Shown here piece by piece: positions 6,779 to 14,989 of a DNA stretch of 20,728 nucleotides (the stretch's first letter is position 1; each line of letters starts with the position of its first letter). The stretch comes from Candidatus Krumholzibacteriia bacterium (GTDB lineage Bacteria; Krumholzibacteriota; Krumholzibacteriia; LZORAL124-64-63): the NCBI GenBank assembly GCA_036351155.1, contig JAZBOO010000386.1, positions 1 to 20,728 of the forward strand, given 5' to 3'. The position numbers and the translations under genes are program-made. Under the pieces are notes generated by a model, which was given only the letters and a program-made list of their open reading frames with translations, did no database searches and was not told where the DNA came from.

Positions 6779-9721
6779 CTACAGCTCAGTCCTTTGGATT
6801 TCTTCGATCTCGAAGGTCTCCAGATGGTCCTTTTCCTGGATATCGTAGAAATTCTCCAGACCGATACCGCACTCGTAGCCGGTGGCCACTTCCTTGACAT
6901 CGTCCTTGAAGCGTTTCAGGGAGTTGACCTTGCCCGAGTACACCACAACCTCGTTGCGGATCAGGCGGGCAAAGCTGTTCCGCTTGATGACACCCTCGAT
7001 CACCATGGAGCCGGCCACCTGCCCGGTCTTCGGAATCGTGAACACCATGCGCACCTCGGCACGACCGGTCGAAACCTCACGCTTGATGCTGCCCAGCAGT
7101 CCGGCCATGGCCTTCTTCAAGGTGTCGACGGCCTCGTAGATGATGTCGAAGTTCTCGATGGTCACATGGTGCTTCTTGGCCAGGTCGCGAATGGCCGCGC
7201 CCGGACGCATATGGAAACCGATGATCATGGCGCCGGTGTTCCCAGCCAGCAGAACATCGGACTCGCTGATGGCACCCACAGCCTTGTGCACCACCTTGAC
7301 CTGCACCTCTTCGGTGTTCAGATCCATGAGCTGATCGGCCAGGGCTTCGACCGAACCGGCCACATCACCCTTGATGATGATGGGCAGTTCCTTGAGGTCG
7401 CCCGTGCTCATCAAGGCAGCCAGGTTGTCCAGGTCGATGGTCTGCTTGGGGCCCATGAGCTGCTGCTGGCGCTGCAGTCCACGCCGCTTGGCAGCCAGTT
7501 CACGCACCTCACGCTCGCTGGCCAGCACGTACAGTCGGTCGCCGGCCTGAGGCACCTCGTTGGCACCCAGAATCTCACAGGGCTCACCGGGGCGCACCTG
7601 CAGGAGAGGCTTGCCGCGCTCATCCATCAGGGCCCGCACCTTGCCGTCCTGCATGCCGGCCAGGAAGTTGTCCCCCACCTTGAGGGTACCCCGGTCGATC
7701 AGAGCGGTGAACAGGACCCCGCGGCCCGGCTCCTTCTTGGCCTCGATCACCACGCCGCGGGCATGGCCCTCGGCAGTGGCCGTCAACTCCAGGACCTCGC
7801 TCTGCAGATGGATCAGTTCCATCAGGTGGTCCACACCCAGGCCCTGCTTGGCCGAGATCTCGGCGCACAGGACGTCGCCCCCGTACTCCTCGATCATGAT
7901 CTCGTATTGCAGCAGCTGCTGCTTCACCACTTCGGGCTTGGCCGCAGGCAGATCGATCTTGTTGATGGCCACGATGATGGGCACACCCGCCGCCTTGGCG
8001 TGGCTGATGGCCTCCACCGTCTGGGGCATGACCTGGTCATCGGCCGCCACGATCAGGATGACAATATCCGTCACCTGAGCACCGCGGGCACGCATGGCCG
8101 TGAAGGCGGCATGGCCGGGGGTGTCCAGGAAGGTGATGGGCCCGCCATCGGTCTGCACAGTGTAGGCACCGATATGCTGGGTGATGCCACCCGCTTCACC
8201 GGCAATGACGTTGGTCTTGCGGATGTTGTCGAGCAACGAGGTCTTGCCGTGGTCCACATGGCCCATGACCGTCACCACGGGAGGCCGCTGGGTCAGTTCA
8301 CCCTCGACCGGCTCGTCCATCTCGAGGACTTCCTCGCCGTACTCGCTCATGAACTCGATTTCTCGGTCATACTCGCTGGCCAGAAGCTCGATGTTGTCCT
8401 TTTCCAGCCGCTGGTTGATGGTGGCCATGATGCCCATCACGAACAGCTTGCCAATCAACTCCTGGGCCTTGACCTCGAGCTTGTCCGCCAGTTCCTGAAC
8501 CGTGATGAACTCGGTGAGCTTGAGCACGGTGGTTTCCTGCATCACTTCTTCTTCCTCGCCTTTTTCGCCCTTGCGGCGGCGTTTCTTCCCGGCACTGCCG
8601 CTCATCTCGGCCATGGTCTGCTTCAGAGTGCGTTCCACCTCGGCCTGATCGACCTTGGCTTTCTTCTTGCGGCTCCGCTTGCGTCGCGAGGGTGCCTCCA
8701 CGGCTGCCGCCTCGTCCTTGCGCTTGCGGATGGCGGCCTTGATCGAGTCACGCACCGTTTCGCTGCTGACCTCGGTCTGGGGCTTGGCCTTCTTCTTGGG
8801 AGCGGGTCGAATCACGTCGCCCACCTTGAACCCATCGTTTTTCTTGGTGCCCATGTCAGCCAGGGGGTCGGCCGGGGCCACGGGCCCGGGAGTCGCCGGC
8901 GGAGTGGGCTCGGCCTCGGGAGCAGCAGGAGCCTCGGGCTCTTCGGTGCTCTTTTCAGCGGCCACCTCGCCCTCAGCTGGAGCGGGAGCTTCCTCGGTAT
9001 CGGCGGCCGTTTCCACGGTCTCCGGCGCCGTCTTCTCGGTGGCCGGGGCATCGGCTGCGACCACGGGAGTCACGGCCTCGGCGGGAGCTTCCACTTCCAC
9101 TGCCGATTCTTCGGCGGGCACCGGAGCGGCCACCTCGGTCTGTTCGACCTCTTCCTCGGTGTGGACGATGTCCGCCTTCTTGACCAGCTTGGGCGCCACC
9201 TTCTTGACCGTGCGGGTGGCGGCATGCGCCTCGCGCTTGGCGGCCAGTTCGGCCTCCTCGGCCTCCTTGGCCTCGCGCACCTTGGCCGCTTGGTCGGCCT
9301 TGGCCTGCTCTTCGGCGTCCTTCTTGGCCTGGGCCTTCTTCGCCACCTCGGTCATGGTGCCGGTCTTCTTGATGACCACCACCTGGGGCTTGACCGGCGC
9401 CTTCTTTTTCTTCTTGGCGACCTTTTTCTTGGCCTTTTTCTTCGGCTCCGGCTCTTCCTCGGGCTGGGGCCTTTCCAGAGGTTTGAGCGCCGCCACGTTT
9501 TTCAGCTGATCCGGATTCAGCCCATGGGATGCGGCGTAGTTTTCCCGGGCAAGCTCACGCTTGCGCTGAAAGACGGAATGGACCCGGTCCACATCGACGT
9601 CTTCCACCACACTCATGTGGCTCTTGGCCTCGACCTTCATCTTCTGGAGAAGATTCATGATCTGCTTGCTGTCGACACCGTAGTGCCGGCCAAGTTCGTA
9701 TACCCTCAGCTTCCTCGCCAA
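6779..9721 (-). CDS. infB: Translation initiation factor IF-2
   Basis: N-terminal LRVYELG, RPPVVTVMGHVDHGKTSLLD, GGITQHIGAY, DTPGHAAF, NKID, SLKRFKDDVKEV..GYECGI. TTG start with GGAGG 8 nt upstream. Confidence 0.99.
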   Translation of the reverse strand: MARKLRVYELGRHYGVDSKQIMNLLQKMKVEAKSHMSVVEDVDVDRVHSVFQRKRELARENYAASHGLNPDQLKNVAALKPLERPQPEEEPEPKKKAKKKVAKKKKKAPVKPQVVVIKKTGTMTEVAKKAQAKKDAEEQAKADQAAKVREAKEAEEAELAAKREAHAATRTVKKVAPKLVKKADIVHTEEEVEQTEVAAPVPAEESAVEVEAPAEAVTPVVAADAPATEKTAPETVETAADTEEAPAPAEGEVAAEKSTEEPEAPAAPEAEPTPPATPGPVAPADPLADMGTKKNDGFKVGDVIRPAPKKKAKPQTEVSSETVRDSIKAAIRKRKDEAAAVEAPSRRKRSRKKKAKVDQAEVERTLKQTMAEMSGSAGKKRRRKGEKGEEEEVMQETTVLKLTEFITVQELADKLEVKAQELIGKLFVMGIMATINQRLEKDNIELLASEYDREIEFMSEYGEEVLEMDEPVEGELTQRPPVVTVMGHVDHGKTSLLDNIRKTNVIAGEAGGITQHIGAYTVQTDGGPITFLDTPGHAAFTAMRARGAQVTDIVILIVAADDQVMPQTVEAISHAKAAGVPIIVAINKIDLPAAKPEVVKQQLLQYEIMIEEYGGDVLCAEISAKQGLGVDHLMELIHLQSEVLELTATAEGHARGVVIEAKKEPGRGVLFTALIDRGTLKVGDNFLAGMQDGKVRALMDERGKPLLQVRPGEPCEILGANEVPQAGDRLYVLASEREVRELAAKRRGLQRQQQLMGPKQTIDLDNLAALMSTGDLKELPIIIKGDVAGSVEALADQLMDLNTEEVQVKVVHKAVGAISESDVLLAGNTGAMIIGFHMRPGAAIRDLAKKHHVTIENFDIIYEAVDTLKKAMAGLLGSIKREVSTGRAEVRMVFTIPKTGQVAGSMVIEGVIKRNSFARLIRNEVVVYSGKVNSLKRFKDDVKEVATGYECGIGLENFYDIQEKDHLETFEIEEIQRTEL

Positions 9722-9781
9722 GTCCCAAACCTCCGAAAACGAGCCTCAAGGCTCCCGCAATGACCATGAACGGCTAACCCG

Positions 9782-10123
9782 TCATGGGATGATTTTCTTG
9801 ATTCCTTTGACGAATCCCGTCTCACTCACTGCCACCATGGACAGCTTGTCCCGCCCCAAAGCGCGGGCCAGGTCTTCGCCGGTCAATCCGGTTTGCACCA
9901 GATCGGCCTCGGTCTTCCAGCGTTCCACCTTGGACTGCTGGGACGCTCCGATATCCGCGACCAGCAGGATCAGCGGACGCTGTTGCCTGCGCACCATCTT
10001 GTCGATGGCGCTGTACCCGAGAGCCAGCTTGCCGGCCCGGTTCGCCAGTCCCAGCAAGGCCAGCAGCTTCACATCGACCGGATCGGGTGCTGGTCTGGAG
10101 GACTGCCCATCCGAGGCTTCCAT
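9782..10123 (-). CDS. ylxQ: L7Ae/L30e-family RNA-binding protein (YlxQ-like)
   Basis: LLGLANRAGKLALG...LARALGR...VAVSETGF matches the YlxQ pattern. Lies between nusA and infB; start overlaps the nusA stop (TGATG). Confidence 0.8.
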   Translation of the reverse strand: MEASDGQSSRPAPDPVDVKLLALLGLANRAGKLALGYSAIDKMVRRQQRPLILLVADIGASQQSKVERWKTEADLVQTGLTGEDLARALGRDKLSMVAVSETGFVKGIKKIIP

Positions 10124-11640
10124 CAGTCGTCCAGCTCGGTGTTGGCAAACGGATCGACCTTGGGCTCGTCCTCTTCGTCGTCTCCGGTGCCGTCTTTTCC
10201 GGTGGCATCGGCGTCCGGCAGATTGGCGAAGATATCGCCGGCCGGCTCGGCCTCGGCTTCCAGGTCGCCGTCCCCAGCCACGGCCTCGTCGTCCTCGTGC
10301 TCATGCGCCAGGGCATCCTCATCGAACAGGGGACGCTCCTCGGCGGCTTCCTTCTCCAGCTCCTCGGACACGGTCTTCTCGATCATGCGCTGGAGCTCGT
10401 TCTGGGTGGCCTGGGCCGTGGCCAGCAGGCTGTCGGCCAGGGTCTCATCAATGCCTTCGATGTTGGCCAGACGCTCCAGGGACTCCTCGGCCAGCTGACC
10501 GATGGTCATGATGCCCACCTCTTCCAGACGCGCCAGCACCTCATCGGTGACGTCGGTCATCTCGGCAAGATTCATGGACATCTCTTCGGTCACGCGCTGA
10601 CGCACGGAGTATTCACGAGAACTGACCAGATCGATTTTCCACTCGGTCAGCTTGGCGGCCAGACGGACATTCTTGCCCTCCTTGCCGATGGCCTTGCTCA
10701 GCTGGTCGTCCCCCACGATCACGGTGGCTTCGCCCCGTTCACGATGCAGGATGATGTTGCTGACGATCGCGGGACTCAGGGCCCGGCTGATCAGCAGGCT
10801 GGGCTCGGCGCTCCAGGGCACAATGTCCACGCGCTCTCCGGCCAGTTCCCTGGTCACGGCCTGCACACGGCTGCCCTTCATGCCCACGCAGCTGCCCACG
10901 GGATCCACCCGGTCATCGTTGCTGACCACGGCAATCTTGCTGCGGGTGCCCGGCTCACGGGCCACGGCCTTGATCTGGACAATGCCTTCCTGGATCTCCG
11001 GCACTTCCTGCTCGAACAGGAGCTTGAGGAAACCGGGATGACTGCGACTGAGAATGACCTGGGGGCCCTTGACTGTGTCCAGCACCTCGATGATGAAGGC
11101 ACGGACCGTCTTGCCCTGGTGCAGCTTCTCACCCTTGATCTGCTCGCGATAGGGCATCAGGGCCTCGGTGCGCCCCAGGTTGACCAGGACGTTGCCCCGA
11201 TCCACCTGCTGCACCGTGCCCACGATGATCTGATTGACCCGGTCCTTGAATTCCTCGAAGATCTGGGCCCGCTCGGCCTCGCGCACTTTCTGCACCAGGA
11301 TCTGCTTGGCCACCAGGATGGCATTGCGCCCGAAATCACCCAGAGGCAATTCCCAGCGCACCTCGTCCCCCAGCTCGACCTCGTCCCCGAACTCGATCTG
11401 GGCGTCCTCGAGGGCAATATCGGTGTCGGGGTCATCCACCTCGTCCACCACAGTCATGACCTGTTCCACCACCATCTCACCCGTATCGGGATCGACCTTG
11501 GCGTGAATGTTGGCCTCCATGCCCAGCTTCTTGCGGGCAGCCGACTGCAACCCGGCCTCGAGACTTTCGAGGATGACGGATTTGTCGATGCTCTTTTCCC
11601 TGACGATCTCGCTCAGGGCATTCAGGACGTTATGATCCAT
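10123..11640 (-). CDS. nusA: Transcription termination/antitermination factor NusA
   Basis: FGRNAILVAKQ, S1 domain, QVILSRSHPGF, LFEQEVPEI, AREPGTRSKIAV, DPVGSCVGMKGSRVQ, AIGKEGKNVRLA, then one HhH-type repeat and an acidic tail. Confidence 0.98.
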   Translation of the reverse strand: MDHNVLNALSEIVREKSIDKSVILESLEAGLQSAARKKLGMEANIHAKVDPDTGEMVVEQVMTVVDEVDDPDTDIALEDAQIEFGDEVELGDEVRWELPLGDFGRNAILVAKQILVQKVREAERAQIFEEFKDRVNQIIVGTVQQVDRGNVLVNLGRTEALMPYREQIKGEKLHQGKTVRAFIIEVLDTVKGPQVILSRSHPGFLKLLFEQEVPEIQEGIVQIKAVAREPGTRSKIAVVSNDDRVDPVGSCVGMKGSRVQAVTRELAGERVDIVPWSAEPSLLISRALSPAIVSNIILHRERGEATVIVGDDQLSKAIGKEGKNVRLAAKLTEWKIDLVSSREYSVRQRVTEEMSMNLAEMTDVTDEVLARLEEVGIMTIGQLAEESLERLANIEGIDETLADSLLATAQATQNELQRMIEKTVSEELEKEAAEERPLFDEDALAHEHEDDEAVAGDGDLEAEAEPAGDIFANLPDADATGKDGTGDDEEDEPKVDPFANTELDD

Positions 11641-11665
11641 GCTCGGTTCTCCTGCTGACCAGATT

Positions 11666-12331
11666 TCAGTCGGACGAGTCGTTCCCGTCCGTATCCGATG
11701 GAGTGTTCTTCCCCGCCTTGGGGCGGCCCTTCCGCTTCTTGCCGGCCTTGGCTCGGCGGATTTCGCGGCGATCTTCCTTGCGCTTCCGGCGGTCGGCGTT
11801 GATGAGGGCCTGGGCGTCGAATTCGGGATCCAGGTTGGCTTCGGCCACGCTCTCGAGGGCTACATCCACAGGCGCGGGCTGTTCCTCGGCCTCGGCGGCC
11901 GCCACAGGCGCCACGAACAGGGATTGTTCCCCGACCTCCACCAGCGTGCCCCGCAAACGGGACCGCTCGCCACCTGGCTTGAACTTGATATCCACCTTCT
12001 CGCCCACGGCAGCCACGAAATGCTCGCGCTTGCGCAGCGGTCGGCGGATGCCCGGCGAAGACACTTCGATGACGTACTGACCGGGAAACAGATCCGCTTC
12101 TTCCAGGAGCATGTTCGCCGTACGGGCGGCTTGCGTGCATCTGTCGAGGGTGATCCCCCCGCCGGGAAGATCAACGTAAATGCGCACCTGGAAGCGTCCC
12201 CCGCCCTGAAAGATGCGCACATCGAGAAGTTCAAACCCCAGACGAATCAGCTCGTCTTCCAGAAGGTGGAGCACCTTCCCGGCAAGCTGGGCAGTTGTGG
12301 ATTGGCTTTGGGGTTGGTCGCCCGGAGACAA
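11666..12331 (-). CDS. rimP: Ribosome maturation factor RimP
   Basis: GFELLDV, VRIYVD..GGITLDRC, YVIEVSSPGIRRPL, F..AVGEKV. TTG start with GAGAGGA RBS; first gene of the nusA-infB operon. Confidence 0.95.
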   Translation of the reverse strand: MSPGDQPQSQSTTAQLAGKVLHLLEDELIRLGFELLDVRIFQGGGRFQVRIYVDLPGGGITLDRCTQAARTANMLLEEADLFPGQYVIEVSSPGIRRPLRKREHFVAAVGEKVDIKFKPGGERSRLRGTLVEVGEQSLFVAPVAAAEAEEQPAPVDVALESVAEANLDPEFDAQALINADRRKRKEDRREIRRAKAGKKRKGRPKAGKNTPSDTDGNDSSD

Positions 12332-12350
12332 GTCGCCGGTCCTCTCAATT

Positions 12351-12380
12351 AAAAAAAAGAAGTGGACTTATGCCCACCTC
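12351..12380 (-). terminator. rimP-leader-like intrinsic terminator/attenuator hairpin in the 5' UTR of the rimP operon
   Basis: Minus strand GAGGUGGGC-AUAA-GUCCACUUC (9-bp stem with 2 G-U pairs) followed by U8, between the promoter and the rimP RBS. Confidence 0.8.
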
Positions 12381-12422
12381 AAACGGACCACCCATTTCCA
12401 GGGGGGACAGCGAGATGGTGGA

Positions 12423-12451
12423 AATATACCCTGCCTGCTGGCGCTGTGCAA
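12423..12451 (-). promoter_or_regulatory. Sigma70-type promoter of the rimP-nusA-infB operon
   Basis: Minus strand TTGCAC (12451-12446), 17-nt spacer, TATATT (12428-12423), with an AT-rich tract upstream of the -35. Confidence 0.7.
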
Positions 12452-12512
12452 GCTTTAATCTCGTTATTTATGGGCGCTTGGGCGAGGTCCTGAAAGCCTC
12501 GAGGGGGCCGGA

Positions 12513-14642
12513 TCAGCCCGGTCCGCCTCCCCCGGGAAAAGCCTTTTCGAAGGCGGTGGATAACCCCTCGGCCAGGGCCCTGCCCTCGGTGGTGGTCAGG
12601 TCCGGATCACGCGCCAGGAAAGCGCGGGCATCGGCCTGGCACAGCCCCAGGAGGTGGGTGTCGGTCAGGGGATTGGCCAGATGGAAGCCCGGCACCCCGT
12701 GCTGTCGAACACCCCAGGCGTCCCCCGGTCCGCGCCGTCGCAGATCCTCTTCCGCCAGATCGAATCCATCCAGATGGTCGGCAAAGAAGTGAATACGCTC
12801 CCTCGTTTCCGGAGGAAGATCCGCCGGACAGATCAACCAGCAGGTGGAAGCATGCCGGCCGCGCCCTACGCGTCCCCGCAGCTGATGCAGCTGGGCCAGG
12901 CCGAATCGTTCTGGATTGTGGATCACCATCTCCGTGGCATTGGGCACGTCCAGCCCCACCTCCACCACGGTGGTGGCCACCAGGAGATCCAGCTCCCCCC
13001 GGGCAAAAGCCCCCATGGTGGCCTGCTTCTCCTTGCCGTGCAGCTTGCCGTGCAAGAGGCCGATGCGGTGTTCCGGAAAAACGGTGGAGGACAGCCGTTC
13101 GAACTCGGTGACAGCCGCCTTGAGGTCCTGGCCTTCGGTTTCCTCGATGACCGGGTGAATGACGTAAACCTGTTGCCCCGCATTCATTTGCCGGCGGCAG
13201 TACTCCCACACCCCGTCCTCTCCATTCTCTTCTGTCACCCGGGTCACGATGGGCTGGCGCCCCGGCGGCAGTTCGTCGATCAGGCTCAGGTCCAGATCGC
13301 CATAGAGAGTCAAGGACAGGCTGCGCGGAATGGGCGTCGCACTCATGACCAGGACGTGGGACTGCCCGACATCCTCTCCCGAACGGGCCGACCGCCACCG
13401 CTGCCGGACCCCGAAACGGTGCTGCTCATCCACCACGGCCAGGGCCAGGCGGGGAATGCGCACGTCCTCCTGGATCACCGCGTGAGTCCCCACCAGCAGA
13501 TCCACCTCGCCAGCCATCACTCCGGCGAGGATGGCCCGCCGTTCCGCGGAAACGGTGGAACCGGTCAGCACCTCGCAGGTCACGTCCAGCGGGCCGGCCA
13601 GGTCCTGCAGGGTTTGACCGTGCTGGCGAGCCAGGACCTCGGTGGGAGCCAGCAACACCGCCTGGTAGCCCTGCTCGATCACGAAGAGAGCCGCCAGAAA
13701 GGCCACCAGAGTCTTGCCCGAACCCACGTCCCCCTGCAGCAGGCGGTTCATGGTGACTCCCGAGCGCAGGTCCGCCAGAATTTCCTTCAGAACCCGGCGT
13801 TGAGCTCCGGTCAGAGCAAAGGGCAGGGCTTCGACCAATCGCCTGGTCAGATCACCCGGCCTGGCCAGGGTCAGGCCAGGTTGCCGGAGACGATGCGCCC
13901 GGCGCATGGCCATCAGCAGCTGGATGGCGAAGAGCTCGCGATACACCAGAGATTTCCGGGCGGCCACGCGATCCCGCTCCGTGGCCGGGAAGTGGATGTC
14001 CCGCAAGGCCTGGCCCAGGGGTTTGAGACCCCTTTCGCTGCGCAGAGCCCGGGGCAAGGGATCGACAATGGCCCGGGTGCCGGCAGCCTCCAGCTTCTCC
14101 AGGGCTTGCCACACCAGGGAGCGCAGCCAGTGCTGCCCCACTCCCGAGGTCAATCCGTACACCGGAACCAATCGCCCGGTGTTCAGGTTCAAGTTCTGTT
14201 CCCCCTTGGCTCCCTCGGCATCGGGTCCCGAGAGAAGCTCGAAATCCGGGTGGGCCAGCTGCCACCGCCCGGCCCTCCGTGCAGGGCGCCCGCTGAGCAT
14301 CACCTTCAGCCCCGGACGAAACTGTTTCAAGACGTACCGCTGATTGAACCACACGCAGAACACGATGCCGGTGTTATCCCCCACGGTGACCGTCTGCAGG
14401 GAACCGCCCCGGCGCAACCGGCGTTCACTGGCCGTCAGCACTTCGCCGGCCACCGTCACTTCACGGTCGGCCTTCAACTTACCCAGGGGCACAACCTGGC
14501 TGCGGTCATGGTAGCGATGGGGAAAATGCTCCAGCAGATGACCGATGGTCTCGATGCCCAGACGCGTCAGCGCACGGGTGCGCGCCGGACCCACCGATTT
14601 CAGGAACTGGACTGGCGTGCTTAAATTGAATTCCGGTTTCAT
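12513..14642 (-). CDS. recG: ATP-dependent DNA helicase RecG
   Basis: LKSVGPAR N-terminus, wedge domain, [43 protein letters not shown] motif [19 protein letters not shown] at 14642 preferred over the ORF-track TTG at 14717. Confidence 0.97.
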   Translation of the reverse strand: MKPEFNLSTPVQFLKSVGPARTRALTRLGIETIGHLLEHFPHRYHDRSQVVPLGKLKADREVTVAGEVLTASERRLRRGGSLQTVTVGDNTGIVFCVWFNQRYVLKQFRPGLKVMLSGRPARRAGRWQLAHPDFELLSGPDAEGAKGEQNLNLNTGRLVPVYGLTSGVGQHWLRSLVWQALEKLEAAGTRAIVDPLPRALRSERGLKPLGQALRDIHFPATERDRVAARKSLVYRELFAIQLLMAMRRAHRLRQPGLTLARPGDLTRRLVEALPFALTGAQRRVLKEILADLRSGVTMNRLLQGDVGSGKTLVAFLAALFVIEQGYQAVLLAPTEVLARQHGQTLQDLAGPLDVTCEVLTGSTVSAERRAILAGVMAGEVDLLVGTHAVIQEDVRIPRLALAVVDEQHRFGVRQRWRSARSGEDVGQSHVLVMSATPIPRSLSLTLYGDLDLSLIDELPPGRQPIVTRVTEENGEDGVWEYCRRQMNAGQQVYVIHPVIEETEGQDLKAAVTEFERLSSTVFPEHRIGLLHGKLHGKEKQATMGAFARGELDLLVATTVVEVGLDVPNATEMVIHNPERFGLAQLHQLRGRVGRGRHASTCWLICPADLPPETRERIHFFADHLDGFDLAEEDLRRRGPGDAWGVRQHGVPGFHLANPLTDTHLLGLCQADARAFLARDPDLTTTEGRALAEGLSTAFEKAFPGGGGPG

Positions 14643-14656
14643 TTTCCCTGCCGAAA

Positions 14657-14665
14657 TGTGGATAA
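14657..14665 (-). promoter_or_regulatory. Perfect DnaA box (TTATCCACA)
   Basis: TGTGGATAA on + (TTATCCACA on -) in the 96-bp recG/rpmB spacer. Exact match to the canonical 9-mer; function unproven. Confidence 0.5.
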
Positions 14666-14669
14666 TTCC

Positions 14670-14698
14670 TTGCCGGAGACGGATCGGGATGTTAAATT
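14670..14698 (+). promoter_or_regulatory. Putative sigma70-type promoter for rpmB
   Basis: TTGCCG (14670-14675), 17-nt spacer ending in TGn, TAAATT (14693-14698). Confidence 0.6.
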
Positions 14699-14717
14699 GC
14701 CGCGTCTTGGAATTCAA
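14689..14717 (-). promoter_or_regulatory. Putative sigma70-type promoter for recG
   Basis: Minus strand TTGAAT (14717-14712), 17-nt spacer, TAACAT (14694-14689). Confidence 0.5.
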
Positions 14718-14738
14718 CCATCAGAGAAGGAGAGCCCC

Positions 14739-14930
14739 ATGAGCAGGAAATGCTCTATTTGCAGCAAGGGCCCCCAGTACGGGAACCGGGTGAGCCATGC
14801 CCACAACCAGACCCGTCACCGGTGGCTGCCCAACCTGCAGAAGATCCGCTTTGAGCAGGACGGCAAGGTCCAGCGCGGTTACGTCTGCACCCGCTGCATC
14901 CGCACAGGCAGCGTCAAAAAGGTGGTCTGA
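14739..14930 (+). CDS. rpmB: 50S ribosomal protein L28 (zinc-ribbon, C+ form), 63 aa
   Basis: [34 protein letters not shown]...VCTRCIRTG with two CxxC motifs. AAGGAG RBS before ATG 14739. Confidence 0.97.
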   Translation: MSRKCSICSKGPQYGNRVSHAHNQTRHRWLPNLQKIRFEQDGKVQRGYVCTRCIRTGSVKKVV

Positions 14931-14932
14931 CT

Positions 14933-14959
14933 CCCTCGTCCGGTGAACCTGGACGAGGG
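14933..14959. terminator. GC-rich inverted repeat between the convergent rpmB and TPR-parvulin genes (possible terminator)
   Basis: CCCTCGTCC (14933-14941) pairs with GGACGAGGG (14951-14959), 2 nt after the rpmB stop. No U-tract on either strand. Confidence 0.5.
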
Positions 14960-14989
14960 GCGCAATCAGCCCCTCCGACCGACCCCAGC

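Noticed and set aside
8540..8557. Possible internal IF2 start (GAGGA 7 nt before GTG-ATG) giving a short isoform
   Set aside because: The SD-like sequence is explained by a run of Glu codons; no independent support.
8870..9470. Lys-rich and Ala/Glu/Pro-rich low-complexity stretches in infB resembling repeats
   Set aside because: Normal variable N-terminal region of IF2; no exact DNA repeat array.
5303..9763. 1486-aa plus-strand ORF, and similar long antisense ORFs at 10087-11658, 12654-14624, 17098-18696 and 18693-20375
   Set aside because: They lie antisense to unambiguous conserved genes and show no recognisable motifs. Such shadow ORFs are expected from high-GC codon bias.
12555..12563. 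One-mismatch DnaA-like boxes (also 3106-3114 and 12917-12925) hinting at a replication origin
   Set aside because: All are inside coding sequence and dispersed, with no box cluster or unwinding element; not oriC.
14643..14738. ORF-track N-terminal extensions of RecG (start 14717) and L28 (start 14658)
   Set aside because: They overlap each other and the promoter elements. Homology begins at 14642 and 14739, and rpmB has a clear RBS at the shorter start.
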